DNA of 32,000 nucleotides from an archaeon (GTDB lineage Archaea; Asgardarchaeota; Thorarchaeia; Thorarchaeales; Thorarchaeaceae): NCBI GenBank assembly GCA_024275415.1, contig JAJRZD010000085.1, positions 1,727 to 33,726 of the forward strand, read 5' to 3'. Shown piece by piece: positions 22,823 to 32,000 of this stretch (position 1 is its first letter; each line of letters starts with the position of its first letter). The notes under the pieces were generated by a model. It saw only the letters and a program-made list of their open reading frames with translations, ran no database searches and was not told where the DNA came from. The position numbers and the translations under genes were made by a program.

Positions 22823-24874
22823 CTATGATAGCTCCTGAAAGTACACTCGTAGCATCTCTGCGACATTTCTTGCCCGTGAAACGACCCCTCTGTCACGGTG
22901 GGGCTTGGAGCCATCAAACATATCAGATATCGTGCCCAAGCAGCCACTTCGGATTGTGTTCAGGACTGGGCGGAAGAACTTCTTCTCTACATACGTCTTG
23001 TTCTCAGGGGTTCTGCCATGTACTGTCAGATAGGCAGATATGAACGGACCTATAAGCCAAGGATGTACAGTTCCTTGGTGTGTTGCACCTGCTCGACTCT
23101 TGGGACCACCCGTCAGAGCACGAGCGTAGCGTTTGTCCTTGGGCGAAAGGGTTCGAAGTCCGTAAGGTGTTAGCAGCTCATCTTGAACGACTTTTAGTAC
23201 GGCTCGTTCCATCTCAGGTTCTAGTATCCGATACGGCAGACTTACCGCGAAGATCTGGTTTGGTCTGAGTGAGTCGTCTTTCTCGTCGTCGTTGATGACG
23301 TCATATAGATAACCAGCCTCCTCATTCCAGAATGACTGAGTGAATGCCTCCCGGATCCATGATGCTACAGCTCGGTACTCGTAGGGGTCTCTGCTCATCA
23401 TTTGGGCCATGTCGCCCATTGCCATAAGGGCATTGTACCAGAGAGCGTTCACCTCGACGCATTTTCCAATCCTCGGTGTCGCGCACCAATTACCTACTCG
23501 TTCGTTCATCCATGAAACTTCGACACCCTCGATACCCGAGAATATCAATCCATCATGATCTTCATGGATGTTGAACTTGGTTCCGATACGAAATGCAGTG
23601 ATGATTGATTCCATGGCTTCCCAAATGATGCCTCTCAGGAACTCCGTGTCATTGGTGACATCGATGTATTTCTTGACCGCCATGATGAACCATAATGAGG
23701 CATCAACCGAGTCGTACTCGGGCTGGATGCCCCTGTCTGGGAAGTCGTTAGCTATCAGTCCATAGCGCGAGTACCTAGCGTAGGTCGTAAGTATCTCACG
23801 GGCATCTTGGAACCTCCCTATCGCCACAGTCAGCCCGGGATGTGCGATCATAGCATCTAATCCGATATCCACCAGCTCGTGGAATCCTGCTATGATTGAC
23901 TTCCGTTTCGTTGAAGCACGGTCAACGATGAACGTGTCTGCATTGTATACGAGCCATTCTATGTCCTCATCCCTAGCACGGTTCGTAAGGGCATAAGCCC
24001 GGTCGTTCAGGATCTTGCGTCTGCGAAGTTCGTCAAATCGCATCTGAGCAAAATCTTTCCGCTGGGCTTTTACAAGTGATCCTAGGTCATGCATGAGAGT
24101 CTTGCGAGTTTGCCCCACGGCAAAGAGGAAACTCAAGAAATGCTCTCCTGGTTTAAGGATAGTATGGAATACCCCTGGGATGTACAGTTCCTCTTGGTAT
24201 GGCAGTCCTTTCGCCTTATCTTTCCTGTATACCTGAGGTTCCGAAACCTTCAGTTGGGTCTGCATGAACTCGGCATCAGGTGTATAGGCGTACATCCATG
24301 GGCTATTATCCCGGTCATCATATGCAAAGTACGAGTGCTCGTCGATGGTTTCTATCTCGGGCGTGAAATCCAGCTTGGGAGGTAACCTTGTGATTGGGCG
24401 GCAGGTTTGAAACGGTGTCACAGTAAGGACGGTTTCTTCAGTGTTCTTGAACTCGTAATTGACGATGGTGATGTTCCTTCTGTGTGCCATGAATATAGTC
24501 TTGTGCATCGTGATGCAGTCAGTGGAATAGGTCATTTGAGGCAATGGATTCAGAACGAACCTCTTGATATTGCGATATCCTCTTTGTGAAACCCCCGCCG
24601 CAGTATGTTCTGTGCCCAAATTGCACGGCTCATCTCCTGTTGCAACTACTTCGTCTAGGCGAGATAATGTGAGCCACCTATCCACAGGTGGATTTAGAGA
24701 TGAAACTAGGAGCCCGTGATGGCTTCTGGTATTCATCCCAACTATTGTGGATGAGGCATAACCGCCAAGCCCATTTGCAAAGAGGTATTCAAATGTGACC
24801 GCGCGATTGAGTCTCAGGTCTGCATCTTTAAGCACTATCACTTTGGGGGTTTCACAACCTTGACTTGCAACCAA
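22823..24874 (-). CDS. Amylo-alpha-1,6-glucosidase / glycogen debranching enzyme (GH133) homolog with a degenerate active site
   Basis: N-terminal EYLFANGLGGYASST...HHGLL, TPRIGKCVEVNALWYNAL, SLRPNQIFAVSL and LLTPYGLRTLSP match the family. Several active-site motifs are altered (see findings). Confidence 0.85.
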   Translation of the reverse strand: MVASQGCETPKVIVLKDADLRLNRAVTFEYLFANGLGGYASSTIVGMNTRSHHGLLVSSLNPPVDRWLTLSRLDEVVATGDEPCNLGTEHTAAGVSQRGYRNIKRFVLNPLPQMTYSTDCITMHKTIFMAHRRNITIVNYEFKNTEETVLTVTPFQTCRPITRLPPKLDFTPEIETIDEHSYFAYDDRDNSPWMYAYTPDAEFMQTQLKVSEPQVYRKDKAKGLPYQEELYIPGVFHTILKPGEHFLSFLFAVGQTRKTLMHDLGSLVKAQRKDFAQMRFDELRRRKILNDRAYALTNRARDEDIEWLVYNADTFIVDRASTKRKSIIAGFHELVDIGLDAMIAHPGLTVAIGRFQDAREILTTYARYSRYGLIANDFPDRGIQPEYDSVDASLWFIMAVKKYIDVTNDTEFLRGIIWEAMESIITAFRIGTKFNIHEDHDGLIFSGIEGVEVSWMNERVGNWCATPRIGKCVEVNALWYNALMAMGDMAQMMSRDPYEYRAVASWIREAFTQSFWNEEAGYLYDVINDDEKDDSLRPNQIFAVSLPYRILEPEMERAVLKVVQDELLTPYGLRTLSPKDKRYARALTGGPKSRAGATHQGTVHPWLIGPFISAYLTVHGRTPENKTYVEKKFFRPVLNTIRSGCLGTISDMFDGSKPHRDRGVVSRARNVAEMLRVYFQELS

Positions 24875-24983
24875 TCACATTTCCACACTTTAAGCATTGT
24901 GTGGTGCTTGCCCGGTGGCACAGATAGTCATGGTATTAAGGGATTCGGGTTCGAAATCAATGTAACAGAACGAGGTGTACAGT

Positions 24984-26243
24984 ATGACGACTCCAGACCG
25001 TGCAGTAGAGCCGTTCGTTAGTAGAAGAGGGGGTCTCACTGGGGCCTTGTGGAGGCTTGCGTTGGTCATAGGTGTCGCACAATTCTCGATGAGTGTCTGG
25101 ACATGGCAATTTGGTATCTTAATTGAAACCATTGTCGAGCCATGGCAGATGGGATTGACCTTCACTGCTGGCTCGTTGGCAAACCTTCTGGGAATCCCTC
25201 TTTCGGGGTACATTTCGGACTTCATCGGTAGGAGGAAGACACTGATGATAGCATACCTCCCGATGGCTGTTGGTCTGTTCAGTATGTTCTCGTTCCCGGT
25301 CTGGCCGCTATTTCCATTCTTCTATGCTCTCATTCAGTTCGGTTGGGCATTTGTGCTTATGATGGCAAGGGCCGCTCCGGCTGACCAAGTATCACAGGAT
25401 GGCGGGAAGAATTCAGGGAGGACATTCACTATGATACTTCTTCCAGCCTTTGCAATGGACGGACTTAGTCCCTTGTTGGCATCCTTCCTTCTGCTTTCAG
25501 GTCTACCTCAACAGGGCCTACTCGTGTTAGGTGGGACTGGCACTCTATTCGCATTTATCGCCAGTGCGATTTTTGTGAGGGAAACACTGAGCAGTTCGAT
25601 CCAAAAGAAGGCACGTTCGGGCCCAGTTATCACGCTGCGAGGACTGGGGAGCGATTTTTGGGTTCTTGCCGGTGGACTGGTGGGCATCTACATGACCTTT
25701 GGGTTGACCTTTCCGTACCTAGGCAACCTTGTGGTGGAAGAGTGGCATGTGAGTACCTCGACATGGGGAATCATATGGAGTATGTCTTCATTGACCATAG
25801 CGACACTCTCCTTCTTTGGAGGTAAGATTGCTGATAGGAACCTGAAGATTTCGTTGCTGTTCGCGGTTCCTTTCACGGCTCTTATCATTCTGGGACATGC
25901 ATTACTTGAGGGGGTTTTTGTCCTTCTCTTCATCAACCTTCTTTGGGGCTTCGGGATAGTCATATGGATTGCTGCAGAGCGGTCACTCATTGTCCAAGGG
26001 GTGAGTGAGGAGAAACAGGGACGCGCTCTTAGCACATTTCAGGCTGTGATGAGCACGTTTCAGATTATGATGATGAATGTAGGTGCATATATCTGGACAG
26101 TTTCAGGCAACCTTCGGGTGCTCTTTTTCATCGCAGGAGTCATCGCGTTAGTATCATTCATTCCCCTTGCAATTGCACTACGGCATATTTCGTTGAGGGA
26201 ACGAGAACAGTCACTGGCGACATCTCAGGATTTATGGGAATGA
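24984..26243 (+). CDS. MFS transporter
   Basis: About 12 hydrophobic segments, motif A GYISDFIGRRK, second-half GKIADR, EEKQGRA. ATG 24984 follows a GAGGTG RBS. Confidence 0.9.
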   Translation: MTTPDRAVEPFVSRRGGLTGALWRLALVIGVAQFSMSVWTWQFGILIETIVEPWQMGLTFTAGSLANLLGIPLSGYISDFIGRRKTLMIAYLPMAVGLFSMFSFPVWPLFPFFYALIQFGWAFVLMMARAAPADQVSQDGGKNSGRTFTMILLPAFAMDGLSPLLASFLLLSGLPQQGLLVLGGTGTLFAFIASAIFVRETLSSSIQKKARSGPVITLRGLGSDFWVLAGGLVGIYMTFGLTFPYLGNLVVEEWHVSTSTWGIIWSMSSLTIATLSFFGGKIADRNLKISLLFAVPFTALIILGHALLEGVFVLLFINLLWGFGIVIWIAAERSLIVQGVSEEKQGRALSTFQAVMSTFQIMMMNVGAYIWTVSGNLRVLFFIAGVIALVSFIPLAIALRHISLREREQSLATSQDLWE

Positions 26244-26938
26244 GCAAGCACCTCTTTCACATCCCTCATGTCCGCCTTATCACCTAGCAAGTGTCCGCTC
26301 TTGCGTGCCTTGGTTTCTAGATATGTACGATTGTATTCGGTAGTAGGTATTATCAGAGGAACACGTTCTTTAATCACTACCCCATGGTTTGAAAGCTGCC
26401 AAAGTTTGTCTGGATTGTTTGTCAACAGTCTAATCGATTTAATATGCAGGGAACGAAGGATGTGAGCTGCAACCCCATAGTCACGCTCATCAGGTTCCCA
26501 TCCCAGTAACAGGTTCGCCTCAACAGTGTCATAGCCTTGATCCTGAAGGGCATATGCACGGATTTTTTCAGTGAGCCCAATATTCCTTCCTTCTTGTCTG
26601 AGATACAGAAGTACTCCCTCGCCCTCTTTTTGGATCAGCTTTAATGATTCGAGAAGCTGATCCCTACAATCACAACGCTTGCTTCCCATGACATCGCCAG
26701 TCAGGCATTCTGAATGGATTCGGGTAAGCACGTTTTCTTTTTCTACTATATCTCCCTTGACAATCGCAGTGTGCTCTTTTCCGTCACAGGGGCTCACAAA
26801 GGCACAGATTTGGAATTCCCCGAACTGGCTGGGCAAGTCTGCAATGCCTACTAATTGAACACAGCAGTCATAGGGGTCGCATTGGTGATCCTTGCTTGCT
26901 TCAATGAGTTCTTTAATTTTGGAAAGAGCGAGTTTCAT
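26225..26938 (-). CDS. ribA: GTP cyclohydrolase II
   Basis: RIHSECLTGDVMGSKRCDC (three Zn cysteines), YLRQEGRNIGL, KIRAYALQDQGYDTVEAN, IRLLTNNPDK. GGAGG RBS. Convergent 19-nt overlap with the MFS gene. Confidence 0.95.
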   Translation of the reverse strand: MKLALSKIKELIEASKDHQCDPYDCCVQLVGIADLPSQFGEFQICAFVSPCDGKEHTAIVKGDIVEKENVLTRIHSECLTGDVMGSKRCDCRDQLLESLKLIQKEGEGVLLYLRQEGRNIGLTEKIRAYALQDQGYDTVEANLLLGWEPDERDYGVAAHILRSLHIKSIRLLTNNPDKLWQLSNHGVVIKERVPLIIPTTEYNRTYLETKARKSGHLLGDKADMRDVKEVLAHSHKS

Positions 26939-27057
26939 CTTAGGCCTCCATCCAAGCCGCTACACTTGGGAGAATGATATAAGTTTGGATACGTGATTTT
27001 TCCAAACGTTTAAGTAAGATGGTTAGACGGCAACTTAATCAAGCATCCATTTGACAT

Positions 27058-28884
27058 TTGCATAGAAGGCGCTTTGTAGAAATGTTATCGAAAAAGTTAA
27101 CCGAGCAAAGGATCAAACTCTACATTCTGGCTGCTTTGGTAGGTGTCGTATCCGGGTTCACAGCAGTGGGATTCAGACTGCTAATTTACGCGATAAGCAT
27201 ACTATTCACTGCTATCCCTAATGTGATCGGTATCTGGGGTTGGGTAATCATCCCTTCAATAGGTGGCATTTTTGTCGCATTCATAGTCACACGATATGCC
27301 CCAGAGGCGAAAGGACATGGCGTCCCTGAGATAATGTATGCATACCAATTGCAGAGAGGGCATATCCGAGCCAGAATCCCCCTTCTGAAAAGCCTTGCAT
27401 CTGCGATAAACATCGGTTCTGGAGGCTCATGCGGTAGAGAGGGGCCCATTGCTCAGATAGGTGGTGGTGCGGGTTCTGCCATTGCAAGCTATCTCAAGCT
27501 GAATGCACGCATGACCAAGACCCTTGTGGTGTGTGGTGTCAGTTCAGGGATTGCTGCAACATTCAATGCTCCGCTAGGAGGAACACTCTTTGGTATTGAG
27601 GTCATTGCAGGAGGAATTGCTGGATTTTCCATCATACCCGTCATCTTAGCATCAGTCATTGCAACAGCTATTGCTGGATCCATTCTTGGATCGAGCCTGT
27701 CATTTGACGCTCCCCAATTTATGATGGGCAATTACTTCGAACTCTTCTTCTATCTCATATTGGGGCTTGCATTCGGCTTGATCAGTGTAGTATGGAGTCG
27801 CGGATTCTATAAAGTAGAAGATATCCTTGAACGAGTGAAGATATCACCCTATGTACTGATCGTGATAGGGGGTTTAATGGTAGGAACGTTGGGTGTTCTC
27901 TCACTCTTTATCAGTGAGCAGACGGGCTCCTATGGAGTATATAATCATAATGAGATATTTTTCCCACCAACAATGGCAGTCGGGTATCCGATCATAAATG
28001 CAACATTCATGGGACTTCTTGTCCTTGGAGCCTTGCTGGCCTTTGGGATTTTGAAGGCACTGGCCACCTCGATCACATTGGGAGCAGGTGGTTCTGGGGG
28101 CGTATTTGCACCAACCCTCTATATTGGAGCAACTCTAGGAGGTGCTTTTGGTATTGGCTTCTCCCTTCTCTTTCCTGATATCATCACACAACCAATGGCA
28201 TTTGCACTGGTTGGAATGGCAGCTCTTTTTGCAGGAGCGGGTAGGGCTCCCATAACATGTATCATCATGACGATGGAGATGACAGGTGACTACAACATGA
28301 TTCTACCTCTTATGATTGCGGTGTCAACATCATATATAGTGTCGATGAGCATCGAAGAGGAGAGCATCTATAGCTTCAAACTTGCACGTCGCGGGATAAA
28401 CATCAGTCAGAGTAGGTATATCAGTGCCCTGAAAGAAATCTCCGTGAAAGAGGTCATGACGACCAAGCCGACCATCCTGAAACCAGAGATGACCGTGGAC
28501 GAGGTTCTAGCAGTCGTTGATGCAACTCAACATACGAAATTCCCTGTTGTGGATGATGATGGACGAATCGTCGGAATCCTTCTCACAGAAGTGCTGTTTC
28601 ATCCTGACGAGCAGGAAAAGGAAAAGAAGACAGTCAAGGATTTGATGTCCACGGATTTCCTGCACCTCAACCCAAATTGCCCGATGGACAGCGTTGTCAC
28701 CTCGATGCTTGACCGATTGGAAGGACATGCGGTCATTGTAGACCCCGCGGATCCGAACACAATGATAGGGTTCATAACAAAGGCTGATGTATTGAAAGCA
28801 TACAAGGCTGCGGTCATCATGCTTCAGGAGGAAGGAGAGCTCTCTGGGGGATTCTCTCCTCCAGCCCTCGTAGACATCGAATAG
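27058..28884 (+). CDS. CLC family chloride channel/transporter with C-terminal CBS pair
   Basis: GHGVPE, GREGP, FNAPLGG, GGVFAP, SIY; CBS motifs VKEVMT, FPVVD, GFITKADV. Alternative start ATG 27082. Confidence 0.93.
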   Translation: MHRRRFVEMLSKKLTEQRIKLYILAALVGVVSGFTAVGFRLLIYAISILFTAIPNVIGIWGWVIIPSIGGIFVAFIVTRYAPEAKGHGVPEIMYAYQLQRGHIRARIPLLKSLASAINIGSGGSCGREGPIAQIGGGAGSAIASYLKLNARMTKTLVVCGVSSGIAATFNAPLGGTLFGIEVIAGGIAGFSIIPVILASVIATAIAGSILGSSLSFDAPQFMMGNYFELFFYLILGLAFGLISVVWSRGFYKVEDILERVKISPYVLIVIGGLMVGTLGVLSLFISEQTGSYGVYNHNEIFFPPTMAVGYPIINATFMGLLVLGALLAFGILKALATSITLGAGGSGGVFAPTLYIGATLGGAFGIGFSLLFPDIITQPMAFALVGMAALFAGAGRAPITCIIMTMEMTGDYNMILPLMIAVSTSYIVSMSIEEESIYSFKLARRGINISQSRYISALKEISVKEVMTTKPTILKPEMTVDEVLAVVDATQHTKFPVVDDDGRIVGILLTEVLFHPDEQEKEKKTVKDLMSTDFLHLNPNCPMDSVVTSMLDRLEGHAVIVDPADPNTMIGFITKADVLKAYKAAVIMLQEEGELSGGFSPPALVDIE

Positions 28885-28964
28885 GTTTTTCCATCTCGGA
28901 CGAGTCCTCCGTCATCCCTATAAAGAGCTAGCAATGATGTCAGAACCACTAGCTTGAGGAATAA

Positions 28965-30035
28965 ATGATGGTACTCAACATAGAGGAGATTCTTACCGCA
29001 TCAAAGGATTGGTTGAAGGCGAATACGAAGAGGTATGCTTTCAAGAAGCTGGAACGAGAGATTATCAAGACAGGAGTTTGCGTGGAGTGCGGGACTTGTG
29101 TGTCTAATTGCCCTGTCACCGTGATTACCGCCACTAGGACAGATGGCAAATATGTGCCCGAGCTCACAGGGAAGTGCATCTCCTGTGGCATCTGCTATGC
29201 AATGTGCCCTAGGACACTGACATTGCCTGAGCATCTTATTGGAGAGTACATCTCAATCTACAAAGCGCAGTCTAAACTTGAAGGTGGGAAAAGGCAAGAC
29301 GGTGGAGTCGCCACTGCTCTGGTGAGCGCACAACTGAAGGCAGGGGAACTGGACGCTGCGGTTGTGGCAAAGCAAGGCGAGGTGTCTTGGCTTCCCGTTT
29401 TTTCGATTGCCACAAGTCCGGATGGGGTTCTTGACAGTGGAGGAACCTTCTACACACATTCACCAGTAGTGGAAGGGATGATGCAAGCGTTCGAGGAGGG
29501 TCATTCCAAGTTGGCTGTTGTTGGAACGGCTTGCAACATTGATGGTATCACCAGACTACAGGGACATCCTGCGGGATTCTTGAACCTGTCAAAGGATGCT
29601 TCAATCCTGAAAATTGGGTTGTTCTGCATGGAGTCCTTCGATTATGCAGGTCTCAAAGAGTTTCTTGAGCAGAATGGCATCAAGATTGATGATGTCCAGC
29701 GGATGGCGATTGCAGGAGGCAAGTTCACCGTGACCTCAAGTTCAGGCGAAACAGAATGGCCCATCGCTGACCTGAATCATATCGCTGCACGATCCTGTTC
29801 CTACTGTCATGACTTGACATGCAAGAACTCCGATATCTCATGCGGGAATATCGGGTCTGAGGAAAGATGGACTACTGTGATCGTGAGAACCGAGCTTGGC
29901 AAGAAAGCTTTCGAACTCGCTGCGTCTCAAGGGATTATCGAATACGAGGAATTGGACAACAAGGCAATCCAATCTGTCCTCAATGTTTCACGGATGAAGG
30001 CGACTCGATATTATAAGATGGAACCTGCACACTAG
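28965..30035 (+). CDS. Coenzyme F420 hydrogenase/dehydrogenase beta subunit (FrhB/FdhB) family protein with N-terminal 2x[4Fe-4S] ferredoxin
   Basis: CVECGTCVSNCP and CISCGICYAMCP; QDGGVATAL, VVGTAC, IGLFCMESF, CSYCHD...DISCG. GAGGA RBS. Confidence 0.9.
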   Translation: MMVLNIEEILTASKDWLKANTKRYAFKKLEREIIKTGVCVECGTCVSNCPVTVITATRTDGKYVPELTGKCISCGICYAMCPRTLTLPEHLIGEYISIYKAQSKLEGGKRQDGGVATALVSAQLKAGELDAAVVAKQGEVSWLPVFSIATSPDGVLDSGGTFYTHSPVVEGMMQAFEEGHSKLAVVGTACNIDGITRLQGHPAGFLNLSKDASILKIGLFCMESFDYAGLKEFLEQNGIKIDDVQRMAIAGGKFTVTSSSGETEWPIADLNHIAARSCSYCHDLTCKNSDISCGNIGSEERWTTVIVRTELGKKAFELAASQGIIEYEELDNKAIQSVLNVSRMKATRYYKMEPAH

Positions 30036-30055
30036 TTCGTAGGTCTGGGTCTGCT

Positions 30056-30562
30056 ATGAACATCTTGTTGACCGGAAAACCTGGGATTGGTAAAAGCACA
30101 GCGATTCAGAGGATTATTGACCTGTTGGGAAAGAACAAAGCGGGAGGCTTTTGGACGCGGGAGATCCGTGACAAGGGACGACGAGTGGGCTTCTTGATTC
30201 AGACACTCAACGGGCTGTCAGAGGTCTTGGCACATGTGGAACTGGATACAGGACCTAGAGTGGGAAAATACACAGTTAGCGTTGAAGCGATAAAGAGAAT
30301 CGCTATTCCTGCGATGCAGCAGGCAAGGGAATCCGACAAGATAATCATCATCGATGAGATTGCTTCAATGGAACTCAAATCGCCTCAATTCGCTCCAGAA
30401 GTACGACGATGCTTGAATACTGGGCGCGTGTTAGGCACACTTCAGCAAAAAACAGGCAAGTTCCATGACGAGGTTCGAAACCGACCTGACACTATCCTAC
30501 TCAATATGACCGTTGAGAACAGGGATGCCATCCCTGCTCATGTATTGAATCTCCTCAAGTAG
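30056..30562 (+). CDS. Nucleoside-triphosphatase, THEP1/NTPase_1 family
   Basis: ILLTGKPGIGKST, GGFWTREIR, RVGF, VGKYTV, IIIIDEIASMEL. Confidence 0.92.
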   Translation: MNILLTGKPGIGKSTAIQRIIDLLGKNKAGGFWTREIRDKGRRVGFLIQTLNGLSEVLAHVELDTGPRVGKYTVSVEAIKRIAIPAMQQARESDKIIIIDEIASMELKSPQFAPEVRRCLNTGRVLGTLQQKTGKFHDEVRNRPDTILLNMTVENRDAIPAHVLNLLK

Positions 30563-30564
30563 CA

Positions 30565-32000
30565 CTAACGAGTCTTGGTTCGGAAGTAGATCCATAGAAG
30601 GGCAAGTGACGACAGGATGCCCAAAGCCAAGACTGCGCCCCAGAGGAGCGGTGGGGTTGGGTCGTGAGTCATCGGTGCGATTGTGTACTCGAACCATTCG
30701 GTGATATACTCATTATGAACAGATGAGTTGTCCACAGCACGGATTCGGTACTTCAAGTTGTCACCGATATTGAACTCGCCAAGATGGACATAGTAGATAT
30801 CGTTGCCAAATTCGGTCATGTTCATTGTGTGAACTGTTTCGTCCTCATTGACTGTCCATTGGATCTCTACAGTGGTAAGGTTGTTGATGTCCCAGACGTA
30901 TGCTTGGACAGTCACGTTGTTCGTGGACACTGTGGTGAATGCCTCTAGCACTTTTGTATCACGAATGGTTGGGAGGTGGGCATCTGGGGTCACGGTAACT
31001 GTTGTCAAGACAATGGTGGTCTGGTTGAAGTAGTCCACGAGCGTCATATTGTAGATATATTCGCCAACGTCAAGTCCATCGATCGAGATACTCAGGTTCT
31101 CGCCACGCCAAGTGCCGTTCATTAAGACCTCACCATCTCGAGTCAGGTTGTAACTCCGTGGGTTGTTCTCTTCTGCTGACCAATTCAGGACGTAGCCTGT
31201 ATATCCTTCTTCATATTCGAACTCGGTGAGCGCGTCCACTATCGGGGCGCGGACGTCCTCATAGATTGTCACATTGACGCTGTCGCTCGAATTGTACCCA
31301 AACTTGTCGAAGAGCGTCAGGGTGAAGGTATAGTTCCCAAGGTACATCCTGTCCACAGAGAACGTGATGTTCTTCCCATCTGGATTTTCAAGAACCCACT
31401 CCTCCTGTGTCAGGTTCGAAGGAATCCCGATGATTGCAGATAGATTCCCATAGGTCGTATCGTTATAGTGGATTATCACTTCAAGACTATAATTTGATGG
31501 ATTGCTGTCGTACGTGAACCATGTTATCTTATTACCGGTATTTCCGAACTCGAAGGACAGGTCATCAGGAGATGAGATTACTGGCGGTGTCAAGTCAACA
31601 AAGACCGTGATGTTCACCGAGTTGGTGGCATTATATCCAAGGGTGTCATTCACAAAAAGTGTGTAGACATAGTAGTGCGAGGCATTCAGCCCATCGATGT
31701 TGATAGTGATATTGCTTCCGTCCCATACCCCTGCTTCGATGACTGTATCGTTGCTTGTGGTTTCATTGGACTTTCGTGTGATATTGTAGAAGCTTGGATT
31801 CGTTTCGGTTATGTTCCACGTTATAGTATGCCCAAAGCTGCCCTCTTCATAGGATGCATTCGTTGCACCATACTCGCCGTCGATTGTGGGAGTAATTATT
31901 GGAGCTTTGGTGTCGGCTATGATTTCCACATTGACAGAATCTGATACCGTTTCGTTGTTGGCGTTGAACACCGTGCATGTGTAGGTGAAAGTGATAGGCA
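30565..32000 (-). CDS. Membrane-anchored surface protein with tandem Ig-like repeats (5' end outside the window)
   Basis: The frame stays open to the window edge (...PITFTYTCTVFNANN...). Repeats begin at D-x-x-x-P (31914, 31596, 31257; 106, 113 and 91 aa) with E-x-G-x-x-G-x-x-I/L-x-W and N-P-x-x-Y motifs. C-terminal TM followed by RTKTR. Confidence 0.85.
   Translation of the reverse strand, partial: PITFTYTCTVFNANNETVSDSVNVEIIADTKAPIITPTIDGEYGATNASYEEGSFGHTITWNITETNPSFYNITRKSNETTSNDTVIEAGVWDGSNITINIDGLNASHYYVYTLFVNDTLGYNATNSVNITVFVDLTPPVISSPDDLSFEFGNTGNKITWFTYDSNPSNYSLEVIIHYNDTTYGNLSAIIGIPSNLTQEEWVLENPDGKNITFSVDRMYLGNYTFTLTLFDKFGYNSSDSVNVTIYEDVRAPIVDALTEFEYEEGYTGYVLNWSAEENNPRSYNLTRDGEVLMNGTWRGENLSISIDGLDVGEYIYNMTLVDYFNQTTIVLTTVTVTPDAHLPTIRDTKVLEAFTTVSTNNVTVQAYVWDINNLTTVEIQWTVNEDETVHTMNMTEFGNDIYYVHLGEFNIGDNLKYRIRAVDNSSVHNEYITEWFEYTIAPMTHDPTPPLLWGAVLALGILSSLALLWIYFRTKTR

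Noticed and set aside
22822-22947. N-terminal extension of the MBL ORF
   Set aside because: It overlaps the GH133 3' end by 125 nt. TTG 22821 gives a coupled start at the domain boundary.
27058-28884. Fluoride-specific CLC-F exporter
   Set aside because: It lacks the GNNLI/GMGLI and GREGT signatures and has GHGVP and GREGP.
1-32000. CRISPR arrays, tRNA/rRNA genes, IS elements, integrases
   Set aside because: No regularly spaced repeats, cloverleaf or rRNA signatures, or transposase/recombinase motifs were seen, and intergenic gaps are all under 500 nt. tRNAscan-SE and Infernal would be needed to exclude small RNAs formally.

Overview
Gene-dense archaeal window. GGAGG/GAGGTGA ribosome-binding sites, TTTAAATA-type TATA boxes, three roadblock genes around a small GTPase, an FrhB-family protein and Ig-like surface repeats point to an Asgard archaeon, possibly Thorarchaeia; this is inferred, not proven. 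Contents in order: ABC-2 ATPase; tandem PRC-barrel protein; GNAT; a minus-strand signalling cluster (V4R-like protein, a 40-aa Cys/His microprotein missed by the ORF track, roadblock, MglA/CvnD-like GTPase, two more roadblocks, then a protein with a PHD/C1-like C4HC3 finger); a winged-helix regulator divergent from a REC-PAS3-histidine kinase; a secreted protein with a leukocidin/alpha-hemolysin-like amphipathic beta-hairpin, followed by an FtsX/MacB-type ABC cassette (permease-ATPase-permease); a small orphan ORF; a catalytically degenerate histidine phosphatase; a 1202-aa membrane-anchored surface protein; a metallo-beta-lactamase coupled to an active-site-degenerate GH133 debranching-enzyme homolog; MFS; bacterial-type RibA; CLC-CBS; FrhB-like protein; THEP1-type NTPase; and the 3' part of an Ig-repeat surface protein. 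No rRNA, tRNA, CRISPR array or transposase was recognised. The two best candidates for an undescribed system are the putative pore-forming toxin plus ABC cassette (9480-16965) and the GTPase/roadblock/V4R/zinc-finger module (2505-5852). All family assignments come from motif recognition by eye; no search was run.
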